From positions 6,009,045 through 6,073,044 of the forward strand of contig CAVNZM010000009.1 in assembly GCA_963693365.1 (NCBI GenBank): a stretch of DNA of 64,000 bases, given 5' to 3'. This document shows, in pieces, positions 1-13,400 of this stretch. Positions within the stretch are counted from its first letter, which is position 1. Every line of letters begins with the position of its first letter. The notes under the pieces were generated by a model. The model did not search any database. It was not told the DNA's origin and saw only the letters and a program-made list of their open reading frames with translations. Both the position numbers and the translations under genes were made by a program. This DNA is from Amoebidium appalachense. Lineage: Eukaryota > Protista > Ichthyosporea.

Positions 1-483
1 TCCGTATGGAATAACGCGCCGAAAGTATGAGTTTAGAGGGATAGTGTTCGTTCATTATTACGTAACCACTCTCATTATGGATTGGTAGTTATATTTAATT
101 TCTGGCTGTTGCAACCAATTGGAATCCAACCAGTTGTCGACGGGGTTTCCCCGATCGCAGCAATAGTCCCCACAGCTTGCTCTTCTTCTTTTTTTTTTTT
201 TAAGGGGATCACATTGGGGGTTTACACACTTTTTATTGCGTGGACACTGCCGGAGGCCCAGCCACATTCGACGGCCTACTGCGTTTTCCAGCACAGCCAA
301 TCAAATGCAGCCAGTGACATATGTACATGCTAGGCAACAATGAGCGCCATCGTAGTATCTGACACCCCTATTACATATTATGGGTAAGCAGAGGCTAGCA
401 TCGGTAGCTCCGAAAGAAAGTTAAGGCACCGGATCACAATATCATACTGTGCAGCATTAATAAGGTGATCTAGGTTAGTCATC

Positions 484-2311
484 TTAAAACGGATATATTG
501 AGGAAGAGAGGAGGAAAAGAGAATAAAACTGCCATATAACCCCCGGTTCTAATACATTAGCTAACAGGTTGCATTTATTGACAGATATGCAGCCGCGAGT
601 AAACCGAGCCCCACACATATTACACATACGAGCAGGAGACACCAGAAACCAATTATACCGCCAAGCCATAATCATCTTTGCGTTTTTACACCACACCACA
701 TTACGAATAAACGAATCTATGTATGAACGAGACTCTCAAACCGTATCCGCCATATAGGCTACTAGTAGTTGGTGTTTTTGCGGTCCTAACACCGGAAGGG
801 ACTCAACACGTAGAGTAAAAAGATATCTATCAGCCATAGACTTGAAACTATTCATATTCACACTATGATCTAGCCGTACCTCCGGTGGGGTCGCCAGCCA
901 TTCCACATAACGCTCGGCAATGGGCAGAGACGATGGGGAAGGGAAGAGGTAGAGGGGCGAGTCCGGCGGGGATGCGTGTAGCCGGAAGAGCGGGTGGTCC
1001 GGGGCACAAGCGGACAGGCGGGTGATGTGCTCGTGAAATTTAAGGGCTAATTCGTGTACGCGTTGTGATGGTGGTGTGAGTGCGTAGAGAGAATCAAAAA
1101 GGCGTCTAGGGATAGGTGTGGAAAGACCAGTGAGAAACGTACAACAAGTTGTGTAGTGGAAATCATCTATTAATTTGAGGACATTAGTAACAGTATCAGG
1201 GGGTGCCATAGCTAGTAAGGGCAACCCATATTCAGACAAAGGGCGAATATATGTGCGAAATAGACTAAGACGATTGTATAGGTGGACAGTATGAGAAAGA
1301 GTAGCAAGATACACATCCCGAAATAACTTACGAAGACACCTGCCTGCACTCTCCACCCGACGGTAGATCATCCGTTTGAAACTAGTATGCCCCATTCGTC
1401 CACCGGAATCCCCAAGTACTTGTATTCGATTGGGCGAGGGAGGGGACTGCCGAAAATACAAACGTCGTCCCATGCCGGTATCGATTTTGATAAAAGGGCA
1501 CACTTTTTGACATTAATCTGCATTTCGTTGCGCTGGCACCAATGTTCAACCACACGAATGTATTGCCGTAGTTCGAGAGGATTGGATGACATAAGCACAA
1601 TATCGTCGGCAAAAAAGAGGGCGGGGGGAGCCTGGGATGGCAACCCCCCGTCAATTTGTGCCGCAGAAATAGTGTCGGCTAAATCATCAATATACAGGTT
1701 GAAAAGAAGAGGACTTAGCAGGGACCCTTCAAGTTGAAGTACCCCGCGCGTGCGGGTAAACCCTGGGGATAGCCACCCATTAACCACCGCTCGTCCGCGT
1801 GTAAACGTAAACATAGCTTCCAGTAGCCGACCCATTTGGAATGGGACACCGCGAGTGGCCAACTTGGCCCACAGGCGAGGGAGGTCGACCGTGTCGTGTC
1901 GTACGCGTTCTTAAAATCGATAAATACGAGGTGCTCGGTATCACTTTGATTTGCATTATGTAGAGTGAGGATTTGTGCGTAACATGAGTGTCGATGCCGA
2001 AACGCCGCCTGAAGAGGGCTCAGCTGGGAAGCCTGCTTAAGGGTGGGGTTACGGGAAAAGGCCTTTAAAAGGCCACTTTCGAATAATCGGCGAAAAACGG
2101 ACGTAAGGGTGATAGGGCGAAATTCGTGAATGGGACCCTGTGCAACCGTTTTCTTGATGGGAAACACTAAGGTGGCTAGCCACTCCGAGGGCACTTTACC
2201 GACATCAGAATACCAGCTAAACAACTCGCTAAGAATACATGTAAGTGGTGGCGGCGGGCCAGCTGTGATTTTTGGAAATTCCACGCATTCGATTGGATAC
2301 CGGTTATCCAA
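484..2311 (-). pseudogene. Frameshifted, 5'-truncated non-LTR (LINE) reverse transcriptase
   Basis: Motifs spread over ORFs 1715-2311, 1368-1862, 736-1503 and 484-699: FRPITLTSVFRRLFE, FIDFKNAYD, GVLQ..GSLLSPLLFNLYIDDL, FFADDIVL, YKYLG, and a C-terminal CNMCGARFTRGC. Confidence 0.9.
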
Positions 2312-2335
2312 TCGAAGAGTTTATATTGAATTAAA

Positions 2336-3976
2336 TGTGATAAACAAATCTGAAATTGTAATCGTTGGTGAGTGAGAGAAGAAGAGTGGAACAAAGACGA
2401 GAGTTTGGTTGTGGAAGGAACTTCTGGCTTCAAGCCTGTTGCTCCGTTTTTATGCCTGCTGCGCCGAGTCGGGCTCTGCCCGCATTGGTCACCTAGCCGG
2501 ATTAACTGGATAGATCGGCTAAGCCAATCATATTGGCATCACATGGTACGGGGTCAAGCAAGCTCGTCCCCGAGCTTGACAGTAAAGCAAAGTCTACACA
2601 TAAACGTTTTGTTGGTTGTTGAAAAAAAAAATTAAAATAGTTACATAGCACTCATACATGCATGCAGGCTGAGTTACGGTCTGCATGTACGTGCAATAAA
2701 GGTGGGCACACTGGCATGTGCATAACGGTTGCTTACTCGGTAAAACCTCCAAAAGGCCTTTCAGCGTTCCATTTTCCCTGTGCCAACTAGTCTTTTGCTA
2801 GGGAGGGGTCACAGGTATAGGAGCCAGGTTTTCTAATAGTGTTGTCTCCAGAGTTGCTCCAGTGATCGTCATCGTCCTTGTTGCTGGCAATGGGACGATG
2901 TTGTAGTTGCTCTTGCCGTGGTGGTTGGGGTGTGTGAACTAGGGAAAGTCAGTGGTTAGAAGTGTTTATGTTGTGAACCTTGGTTGTTGATACTGAGTAG
3001 GGCCAGAAGGGATGTTGACGGAAACAGGTGTTTCCAGGTGTGGTTGTGTGTGTGGTTAGGTTTGGTTAGTTGTGTTTTGTTGTTGCAAAGGGAAAGCACT
3101 GAGGGCAGAGTCGACGTGGGGTTCCAACCGGGCTGTTAGAGTCGTTGTTGTTTGTTTGTGCCCCTAAACCACGTTCCGCCAGCCCAGTGTAAGAGGTAAA
3201 GGCTTCTTAGAAGTTGAAATAAACGGGTTATAGAGGTGGAAAAAAAAGAAGGGGGGTGGCCGGTTGTTAAAAACTGTTGGTTGGTATCCGTGCATTGTAG
3301 TGATTTGCGATGTCTTCGAAAATGATTGCACTGATGGTTGATCGTCAATTGATTGAACTGATCGGATGAATGATTGATTTAGTGATGGTCATGGCAAAAC
3401 ATGAAAATGGTGGGTAAAATGTAAAAAGTGCAGCAAGAGCATGAATGAATGGCATGTTCTCGGTTTTTGATAAAGCTTGACTTTTGAAGATCTTTGAAAA
3501 AACGATGTGCACGCATCTGATGTGCAGACATGCAACATTGGCTGGAGAGAAACGAAAAACTTTCCTTGTGTAGGGCTGCAGTCTGGGGCTGGCGCGGGAC
3601 CTGGTGCAGACAGAAGAGAAGCCAGGCGTAGAAGAAGAGCGCTCAGCAGGGCAGCGTAGCAGAGTTGTAGCGCAGCACGGGGCCCATAGCGTGCTGATGG
3701 CTTGGTGATGTCCAGAGAAGGGCTCGAGGCAATGAAGCCTTCGAGGAGGAAAGACCTCTCTGCTACCATGTGATAAACAAATCTGAAATTGTAATCGTTG
3801 GTGAGTGAGAGAAGAAGAGTGGAACAAGGACGAGAGTTTGGTTGTGGAAGGAACTTCTGGCTTCAAGCCTGTTGCTCCGTTTTTATGCCTGCTGCGCCGA
3901 GTCGGGCTCTGCCCGCATTGGTCACCTAGCCGGATTAACTGGATAGATCGGCTAAGCCAATCATATTGGCATCACA
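2336..3976 (-). mobile_element. Small non-autonomous LTR element (TRIM/LARD-like) with 208-bp LTRs
   Basis: Direct repeats 2336-2543 and 3769-3976 run TGTGAT...ATCACA and are near-identical. The minus-strand PBS TGGTAGCAGAG (3758-3768) matches the initiator tRNA-Met 3' end. No intact ORF, no TSD and no clear PPT. Confidence 0.8.
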
Positions 3977-4384
3977 TGAATCTAAAATATATAGACTTTT
4001 TTGGTTAGTCAAGATCCGGTATTACCATTGGCTATAGGAATCACGATTTTGGCCGCGGAGACCCACAGTCGTGATTTCGGGGCCGAAAAGTGCCTGTAAA
4101 TTTTAGTAGCCTATCGAAAGTACATCATAAATTGGATTGTGTCGCACGGTGTCAACGGCAGCCACACACAGGCTTTCCCGCCAAAGTTTGGCGCGAAACA
4201 ACAGAGCTTTCCGGCCGAGGACGGCGCCCTGCCGGCCCGCCCTGCGGCGCCTGGAGCGCCCGGCGGTGGTTGCCTGCACCCCAGGGGGAGCATGGTGGAC
4301 GCAGGGAGAAAGAAATGACAGTAATAAAACAGGAACTAGTACACCTCATTTGTTCATCACATCTTTTTTCAAACATGTTCGAAC

Positions 4385-5924
4385 ATGGCGGACAAGAAAG
4401 GTAGGAAGTCTTAGAGAGTTCAAAAACGCTCAGACAATGCTACCAAGCTCACAAAGAAACAGCTACTAAAACTGCTAGCTGAACGCAAGAGAAAGAATAA
4501 CGTCGAAGAAGAAAACAACACAGACACTAGTGCAGAGGACTCGGATACACAACGGGAAGCCACACAGGAACAGAGCGAGGTTAGCTCAAACAGTCAGGAA
4601 AGCACCCATAGTGAGACCAGGGTTAATACTGGGGGAGGGGGGGTATCACCCCCTTCCCCCGCCCATAGTAGCCCCAATAGCCCTAGTGTAGGTAAAAGCG
4701 ATTTGGAGGAAGAATGCACCCCCCCCTCGCAAAAAGCACAGAGCAGAGCTTGAAGCTACAAACACACATGCAAACACACCCACACCCACAACCACACCAC
4801 GGACCGACCCCGCAGAGGGAGCAGCACGGCATGCTGTCGAGGTTGAAAATCATAGCGACGATTCCCACTCAGGTAGTGATGGCGATGACAGCAGCAGCGA
4901 TGCTGAGGATGCGGGCAAGGAAAGCAGTAGCAGTGTTGGGGGCTACAAGTCCATAGGCTCTAGTGACTATTCAGACGCCGTTCCCCTCAGAGTGATGGCC
5001 CGGGTCCGCCTTAGAGAACGTAGGGGTTCTCTGGGGACCGAAAATGACCCACCCGCAGCTAGCGTCGACCCGGTTGATGCACAAAACGCGAGTGCACAAG
5101 AAACAGACACCACAGCCCCACTATCTATAAATCCGGATGCAACCACCAACCCCACCAGCTCACCAACCCGAGGCCCACCCCCTAAAAAACCACGTATGCC
5201 ACGTACACACCCAGATGAAAGCACCATCGAAGAGGGGCTCAAGTTTTCTAATGCTGGTCTTGATGGGAAATCGATAAAGCCCATGTACATAATCCAACAC
5301 GTAGACATTTTCATGCAGACCATTTGTGACAACATGCTTTGTAAACATTGTCAAAAACCATACACGAGACGCTCCGCACATGCGACACGGACACGGGTAC
5401 CCTTGGGCAAACCCTTGACCTCGATGCTTGCAACGTGGTACAACACAAAACGCCTGTTTTTAGGGACGAGACCACCAACAGGCATACCATTCGGATTTAT
5501 GTAGTGACGGTACTTGTTATAAAAAACTTCATCGTCTAGTGCAGCTATATCTTGCACCTCTTGAACGAGTGAGGGTTCGCACGCACGTTACAGCTCGGGC
5601 GTCCCTTGACAGCAGGGCAAACGGCGAACTCGTCGTTCTCACTCATATTTACCTAGTATGTGCGCGTTTGAACAACAAAGAAAGTGAGCATTTCTGGGCG
5701 TGTCACTCCTTTTGTACCCTCACGTCGCGAGGAGGAACTTCGAGGAGGGTAAAAAAATCAAGGCGAACAATGTTCCCTTTGGCGTTCACTATGACAAGAG
5801 CCCCAACGTGCCCAGTAGCGTTGATATAATACACACATGTATAAGCCATAAAACAATAAGCAAACGCTTCATTGGTAAGGTAAAGAATCAACATTCATGC
5901 ATATCATATATGAAGGCCGTATGA
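4385..5924 (+). pseudogene. Degenerate coding remnant, possibly the Kolobok transposase
   Basis: Acidic low-complexity N-terminal fragments, then LCKHCQK...GTLGQTLDLDAC (Cys cluster) and HTCISHKTISKR, broken across frames. Resemblance only; no intact DDE triad seen. Confidence 0.3.
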
Positions 5925-7734
5925 ATCCGTACTTCTTCTTCCTATGCACCGCCGAGGCCGGAGGGTGTTGCCCTACCTAGCTCCAACTACAGCCTTGCCT
6001 ACCAAGTAGCCTGGAAACCACATAGCGCATGACAACAATCCAATGGCAGATAGCCTTTTTAGGGTCCCTAGTGCACTAATTGGAAAAATGGCATATCGTT
6101 AACATATTTGCCATGAAAAGCCTTACTATACTCTAAAATTGAATAAATATATACATATAACCACGTTTTTACCGACAGGTACTACACAACAGCGCCTTGG
6201 TTTTGTATAACTCACGGGAACACGCAGGATTGCATCTATGTAAAGCCCAATCAAATCTTTCTGTTGATCCAGCATTTCGGCGCCAAAAAACCTCATTGCG
6301 CGATCTGATTGGCTTTGCGAGGTCGACTGGCGGGAAAGCGAATGCGTGTACAGCCAATCACACGAGACTGGCGTGCACTGAATTTTGGGTGGTCGCAGAG
6401 TAGGGCAAACACACGCCGTACGACTACGGGCTGGAAAGAGGCCTCTGCGAACCAGATGCAGACCGTAAACCTATCCAAAATGTGGTGTGATTGCGTCATA
6501 TGGGGTAAAATACCATCAAATAGTAGCCAATAGGATACGAGCCTGGCGCTCCATATATAGATGAGGAATTCAATGAGTGCGCCTACGTGTCCTGGAGACA
6601 CCTCCCGTACATCAGCCTGCACTCTGTGCTGTGCAGGGGGCCCAGGAAAGTGGGGTTGGAAATTCACCACTGAATATCCCCCTCCGGCGGTCGTTCCCCG
6701 TTTCCCTTCCCCGCGACGCCCCCTTTGATACCCTTACTATACAGCACCCACCGTCTATTAGGAAGCAAGCCCTGGGAATTTTGCTGAAGGAAAATGACAT
6801 TTGTACGCCTTTAGTATATATTAAAGTAAGAATTACCAAGGCTGTAGGTGCTCCTTACGATTCTTTTTTCGAGGTGGATCTGGTTCCTAGAAAACCAGCT
6901 GTGGTCATTACGCTATATGCGCCGGCCGCGATCTATTGGTTGAGGCGATCATCTCTCTAAGTGCGGCTCACTAATAGCCGGTCCAAATCGCCGCTTGATT
7001 GGAGCAAAGTCACGCTTCTATTTTATTAATAAATCCGGAGATATATGACCCGAAAACCCACCCACTAGATCCCCTTAAGGCCATATGCATAGCTCTCTCG
7101 AGTTTTTCACCGTGCGCACAACTGAGTGCGCACATGGCGGCATCATGTGGCAGTCGCCGCTTCTACCGTCACTGAGTCTAGAATTCGAATCATGGCATGC
7201 ATAGCCTATATATGAGTGTGCAATGCACACTGTGCATCAGAGCATATTGGTCGAATGCGGCACTTCAATACGTATACATCCCGTAAATACTGATAATCCG
7301 ATGCATGTGCACGCGTCGAGGCTCTCTCGATTGTGTGGGGGTAAGGTAAGATACTGTAAAAGAGGGCAGCGGAGAAGCGGTGTGTGTGTAACTAGTTTAT
7401 CAGTATAGACATGAATAATTGTGCATGTGTATCTGTATTGCGAATTCAACCAGTGATCCGTTTAATGTGCGCCTGCAGCTGAGTGCAACACCTCGGTCAT
7501 GTATTCCTATTTCAAATCGGATCATGTGAGGGTAACGGTATGACATTTTTTTTGTGCGTGTGTGCAGGTGTGGGCGTACAAGTGCATGCATGTGCGTGGG
7601 GGTTGTGGGGAGAGGGGGAGGGAGAGAGAGAGCCTGAGAGGGGGGAGGCCTAACTAGGGGGGGGGGGGGGTTGGATCTAGAGAGAGAACTTCAAGAGAGA
7701 GAGAAAGAGAGATCTGGGGGGGGGGGGGGGGGGG

Positions 7735-7738
<4 letters not shown>

Positions 7739-7827
<89 letters not shown>

Positions 7828-7833
7828 CCTAGA

Positions 7834-7906
<73 letters not shown>

Positions 7907-7961
7907 GAGAGAGAGAGAGGGAGAGAGACAGAGAAAGACAGAGAGAGTCTGAGACAGACAG
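7739..7961. repeat. Compound (GA)n/(GT)n/(CA)n microsatellite that continues at 27910-28097
   Basis: Direct reading; the Gypsy element is inserted inside this microsatellite. Confidence 0.9.
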
Positions 7962-8768
7962 TGACATATACTAATCCGTCTCAGCAGATCAGCCTAAGTC
8001 TACGATCGAGATCGGGGGGGGGGGGGGGGGGGGTGGCCCGGGTCCACAGATCATCAAGATCAAGTCCGGGGCCTCAAGATAGCTGTACAGCTGCGTGCAT
8101 CTTGCCTCTGCCGGCGCAGGGCATTGGACCACGTCAGCCGGGGCAGCCGACCAATAGAATTCTAATTAGTGTGTAGGATAGATCGTAGGAGGACTTAGGA
8201 ATGTGATTGTTCGGGCAGAAGCCCTTTTGTAAGTATTGGCAAGGTTTGATAGTGTATGTTGCCAAACGTATTTATATATTTAGATGTAGAGGAAAGGGGG
8301 GAGGGAGGGGGGGGGAGGATAGTATGAAATGTAGATTTAGACTCTGCGGTGCCACTAGGGGGAGGGTGAGGGGTGAGACATGGATAAATATATTGGTTTG
8401 AGTAGATCGACTTAGCTCGTGCAGGCGCACGATAAAGTAGATCGGAATGTTTGGAATGTGGCATCGTAGGGGGGCCAGGTGATGATGATCTTTGAGGGCA
8501 CGGCCTTGATGGCCTCAGTTGTAACTTAGTCTCATTCCGTACGGATCTAAGTTTGCCCGTCGGAGCCTGGTCTGAATAAACTTTACCGTTTTTCCGTACA
8601 CGTTCGTTCCTTTTCGTGTGGGTACACTTAGTAGAGTGCCGCGTCTCTAGTACACACACAATAGGTTACGACAAGCTACACCTTTCTTTTAGTGCGGTTT
8701 TTCGCGCTAGGGTAACGCGGTGACAGTTCCTTCTGGGCTGTTGCTACACCTCACACACACAACAACAA

Positions 8769-8801
<33 letters not shown>

Positions 8802-8839
8802 ATAAACACAACCACACGAGTTCGGGCACACACCACACA

Positions 8840-10176
8840 ATGGCGAAGTTCAACGTAGATATGTTCTACGCATTGGCAGCGGAGGATATCTCCCTGCACA
8901 CACAGGTACCACAGGTTCATACACTAGACGTTAGACAGACCACAGCTTTCAGTTTTACACTCAAACACAACTCGGAAATACCTAGGTGGCTTAGGACACT
9001 CCTAGCTAACACACCCACACTAGTGTTAGACACAAAGAAGGCCCCCACTGTGGCGGCCTCGTGCTTAATGATCAAGCAGTGCATCGACCACAAGACAATG
9101 GCCGACTTATGCACCCTTATGGAGGAGCACCCGTACCGGGCCGAGCAGGCCCCCCAGGTGACGGCTCGTATATACGAGCAGCAGTACGACGAGGGGAGGG
9201 ACGAGATGGTGTCCCGGACGCTCGGCCAGAAACGTCTGGCCGCACGGTTCATCCCCGACGACGAGGACGAGAACAGCACCGACGACGTGGACGGGGAGCT
9301 CGAGGCCTTCACACGGCCGGAAAACGAGCTCGAGTATACGGCCCGGCTCGTCGGCCGATACCTGACGGCCGACCGGCGCCGTACCTTCCGGGCCCAGCTA
9401 CGAGAATGGAAGTATACCTTTCCCACTTTAGATATGTCCCCCGTAGAAGCTCGTGCATTCTTTGAGAGGGAATATCGGGTCTTTGAAGACCTTTGTGAGT
9501 TAGCTGGTGACGTGAGTGATAGGGAAAAGTTCGAGTTTGCTCGTAAGGCTCTCTCTGTAAACACAGACACTGCACGCATGTTTGGGGAGCATGATGATGT
9601 AGATGAGGTGGTGTTGCATGTTAAACGTCACTTGCTTGCCATGCACGAGGTGAAGTTCAATAAGAGGGATAAAAAGGAGGTGATGGAAGTAGACAAGAAA
9701 AAGAAGGAGAGTGGACAGAAGGGGGAAAAAGAGAAAAAAGAGGGTGAACAGCCAGATGCACTCACCATGTTGGTCAAGCAGGTTGCCGAGCTCTCCCAGG
9801 CCGTCTTCTCTGGCCGAGGGGGCTTCGGCTTCCGGGGTGGCCGTGGCGGCGACCGGGGTGGACACGGCGGTCGTGGGCGCGGTGGACGTGGAGGACAACA
9901 GCAGCAGTTCACCGAGAGGTTTGCCCCTTATCTTGCTCGTGGTGGTGGGCAGGGTAGAGGGAGGGGGTGGAAATGGTGGTGAGAGAGGCCGAGGGGGGCA
10001 GGGGGGAAGGGGGGGGTCGTGGTGCACACGGTGGGCCCCCCCAGCATGACCGGGCTCCCGGTTATGCTTTGCGCCAAGCTTTTGAAGTCCCCCCTGGCCC
10101 CTTCTTTGGTGCATGTTACTTTTGTGGCCGGCAAGGGCACTCTGCTGCATATTGCCGTAGTTACAAGAGCTATTGA
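8840..10176 (+). pseudogene. gag: Gypsy gag with a frameshift before the zinc knuckle
   Basis: Long ORF 8720-9982 (ATG at 8840) with an RGG-rich tail; CCHC knuckle CYFCGRQGHSAAYC lies in the next frame (9967-10176). Confidence 0.8.
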
Positions 10177-10433
10177 GTTCCGGGGGAGGGGGAAGCTGGG
10201 GTCACTGAGGGAGGGGGGGGGGACAGTATCGGTCCCCCCCAGGTTGCAGAGAACCTTCACCCTCCCCCACCCCAGGTTAAGCTTCCCTTTGCCCCCCTCA
10301 CCGCCCCGATACGTGTGGGAGCCGGGCATCGTCGTGGGTCCTCAAGACAGCGTCGAGGTGGTATGGCATGAATGTTTGTGGGGTGACTCTACCAAAGGTA
10401 TGAATGGTGTGAATGTTTTGTGGTTGGGGGAGG

Positions 10434-13400
10434 TGTTGTAATACGTTATATTTACATATGGTAAGATCTTCTCAGTTTGTGTTATGTTTCAGTTCATATG
10501 CTTAGTGTAAATGCCACACTACTATTATGTAAAGTGTAGCATCGATCTCCGATATGCTTGTATACTTGTAATCGTGTTGTATCGGCTTTAATCGTGTATT
10601 GTGATATCGATTAGAATATTTATTTGTGTGTACACGGATCCACCCACTCAGGGAGAGACGTGTACATGTTCGTGTGTACATAAATATCTCTGGTTATAGT
10701 TATGCTATTACTATCTTGTTTGTTGATCTGTGCTCTCTTTTCCTTCCTCTTTCTCCTTCCTTATTTTCTCTTCTTTCTCTCCTTGTCTTCATGTGTATAA
10801 TCGTATTTCTTTTCTACTAATATATGTTAGGTAGATTTGTGTTACTTAATACGTGTTCATTGGACGGTAACACACTTAGGCTACACTTAGAATAGCATGT
10901 GTGTTTAGACTTCATTAATTCACTTTAGTTTTCATGTGTTGCCGGGCTTTAACCAATCATCAAGGTTAAGTGTGATATGTCTGAGTCTTTGCAGTATGTC
11001 ATAGGTTAGAACTTCCTTGATGATGACACGAGTTGATCTTAACTAGTGTCTGTGTCCTATCGTGTACGTCTCCGCGTACCGGATCTCTCTGAAAGCAATT
11101 GGTTCTTAGTGATTGGTTTCTATTAGAGATAGATCTGATTTCCGACTGGTCGGAAATCATGTATGGATTGGACTTAGAGGAATTTCAGGTATTTATTCGA
11201 AGATCAGAATAAATTCAGTTCAGTCGTGTCTAAACATTGATGTCTGTTGTGTACACTGCTCCGATCGTTCCGTGTTTTGTTTGTCTGTGGTGTTTTCACA
11301 CTGCACCACTGTGTCTCTGCTTCCGTCCCAAATACTTATATAATTTAACAGGTTATGCAGCCCTTTTGCACGCTCCCTACACACATCTAGAACTAGCGAT
11401 CGTTTTTCAATCATGGATCCAAACAAAACTGGTGTAAACAAAATAACCATGTGGAAAGGTGAAGGGAAGACTGGTCCCGATAGCAAAACCACCTATTTTC
11501 AGTGGGAAATCATTTTTCTCGGCATGATGACCGGCACTAAAGGTGTCCGACTCGTGGATGTTGTGCTTGCTGACAACTACGTCCCCCCTACCACCGTCGA
11601 GGTTGACGGTGAACCCCCCTTCTACGGCTACGGCACTACCGCGGAACTCAAGGAGGCCCGCAACTGCCTCCTGCTCCATATGATTCAGAACATCGACCCT
11701 TCCGTGCTCACCACCGTTGCCCAGTACCGTATTGGCATGGACCCTGAACGGGCCATGTGGAAATTCCGTCAACACTACCTCCAAGGCAAACCCGATCAGA
11801 TCCGCATCCTTCACGTCAGTGGGATGCCTGTGCCCTTCAGCCGGGTGAATCATTCACCACCTACCTGAGTCGTCTGCAGACCATCGTGAACCAGCTCCAG
11901 TCCCTCCAAGATGAGTCCATTCACTTCACTCGTCTAGCTGAGAAGTTCTTCAATGAACTCACCACCAGAGAAGACTCTCCTCACCCCTGAGTTCAACCGT
12001 CTTATCGAAGACTATCACTTCGGTGATAAGCTATTCCCCGACTTCGAGTCCCTCCACAACCACGTCAAGGGCATCGAGCTACGTCAAGACCTCAAGATGC
12101 AACTCTGGAGCAACCGTGCCCACCGTGCCTCCAAGTCCAGCATGGCATTAAATGCCAGTGCTCCCCCCCGTGATCTTCCTCGCCGTGACTTACGCAACCG
12201 ACTTGACCGTACTCCTGGCCCGGACCTCCGAACTCGTCTCTCCCGTCAGCACACCCGATCCCGTTCCCCCCACCGGCCTGCCTTCCGGTCCACGTCTCGT
12301 TCCCCCAGTCGTTCCCGTTTCTCGGGTTCCCGTCGTTCTGATTCCCCGGCTCGTTCTAACAACCCGTCCGTGAATGCATGCTCCTACTGCCACGAGCCTG
12401 ATCACAAGATCATCGATTGCCCCGAGCCGAAATGCCGTATGTCCAGACACAACCGTTCCCGTCAAGGCAGTGAGAAATCTGTCTCTTTTGCTTTCTCGGC
12501 ATACAATGCTAGCTCCGTCCCCGTGTCCTCCGACCCTGCCTGGGATTCCGGGTGCAACATGACTGTCTGCCCCACCCGTGAGTTCTTCCATGACCTCACT
12601 CCCCTTCCGACACCGACTCCCGTTGCTGCCTTCAATGGAACCCCCGTCTTGGCCACCCACACCGGCCATATCGTCATCAACACCACCACCGACCATGGCA
12701 CTGCCACCCTTACCATTGAAGCCTACTACACCCCGTCTGGCCAAGCCTTCCTCATTTCAACATCCCAAGCTGCTGCCGAATACATCAAGGGTGATTTGAA
12801 TGATGCCTCCACTCCGTCATTCCTCTTCGACCGACTCACCGGCCGTCATCTCGTCAACCTCCGTCTACACAACGGTCTGTATTACTTCAAGGACTACACC
12901 ATTCAACCACCCACTCGTCCTGTGGCTCTGGCTGCCACTACCAGTGTAACCCATCCATCTGGCACCATCGTCTGGGGCACCGTGCTATGACCAGCATCAA
13001 CATCAAAGGACATGGTGAAACACGACCTTGTTATTGGTCTCCCCTCGTCTGTCCTCGACTGTGATGTTCCTGATTGTCATGGCTGCATTATGGGTAAAAC
13101 CACCAAGGCTCCGTTCAAGGGTGACCGTCCTCACTCCAACATCCCCGGTCATGAATGGCATTGGGATTTTTTTGAGCCTACCTCAACATCGTACGGAGGT
13201 TCCAAGGTTGCTCTCGTCACTGTCTGCCGTGCCTCTGGACTCGTCAAGATCTACCCGATGGCCGACCGTACAACCACCCTGGACATTCTCACAGCTCACA
13301 CCAACCTCGTTGCTACCCATGCCCCCTCCAAAGTTGGTGTCTACCACTTCGACTCCGGCTCTGAGTTCACCTCCAAGGCTACCCGTGCTTTTTGCCTCTC

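Larger units (their letters stand above)
204..7074 (+). mobile_element. Putative decayed Kolobok-like DNA transposon with nested LINE and LTR element
   Basis: TTAA at 200-203 and 7075-7078 flank inverted termini GGGGATC (204-210) and GATCCCC (7068-7074), with weaker similarity further in. TTAA TSD with RR...YY ends is the Kolobok pattern. The TIR match is short. Confidence 0.5.

Noticed and set aside
6293-6670. KolX-like second Kolobok ORF (LCDHPKF, IRFP)
   Set aside because: The motif spacing does not fit and the Cys cluster is missing; too weak to call.
8195-8659. 154-aa ORF duplicated at 27431-27895; likewise the 19400/22542 pair and the 11113/17033/47898 set
   Set aside because: They lie inside LTRs, so the duplication reflects LTR identity and not coding constraint.
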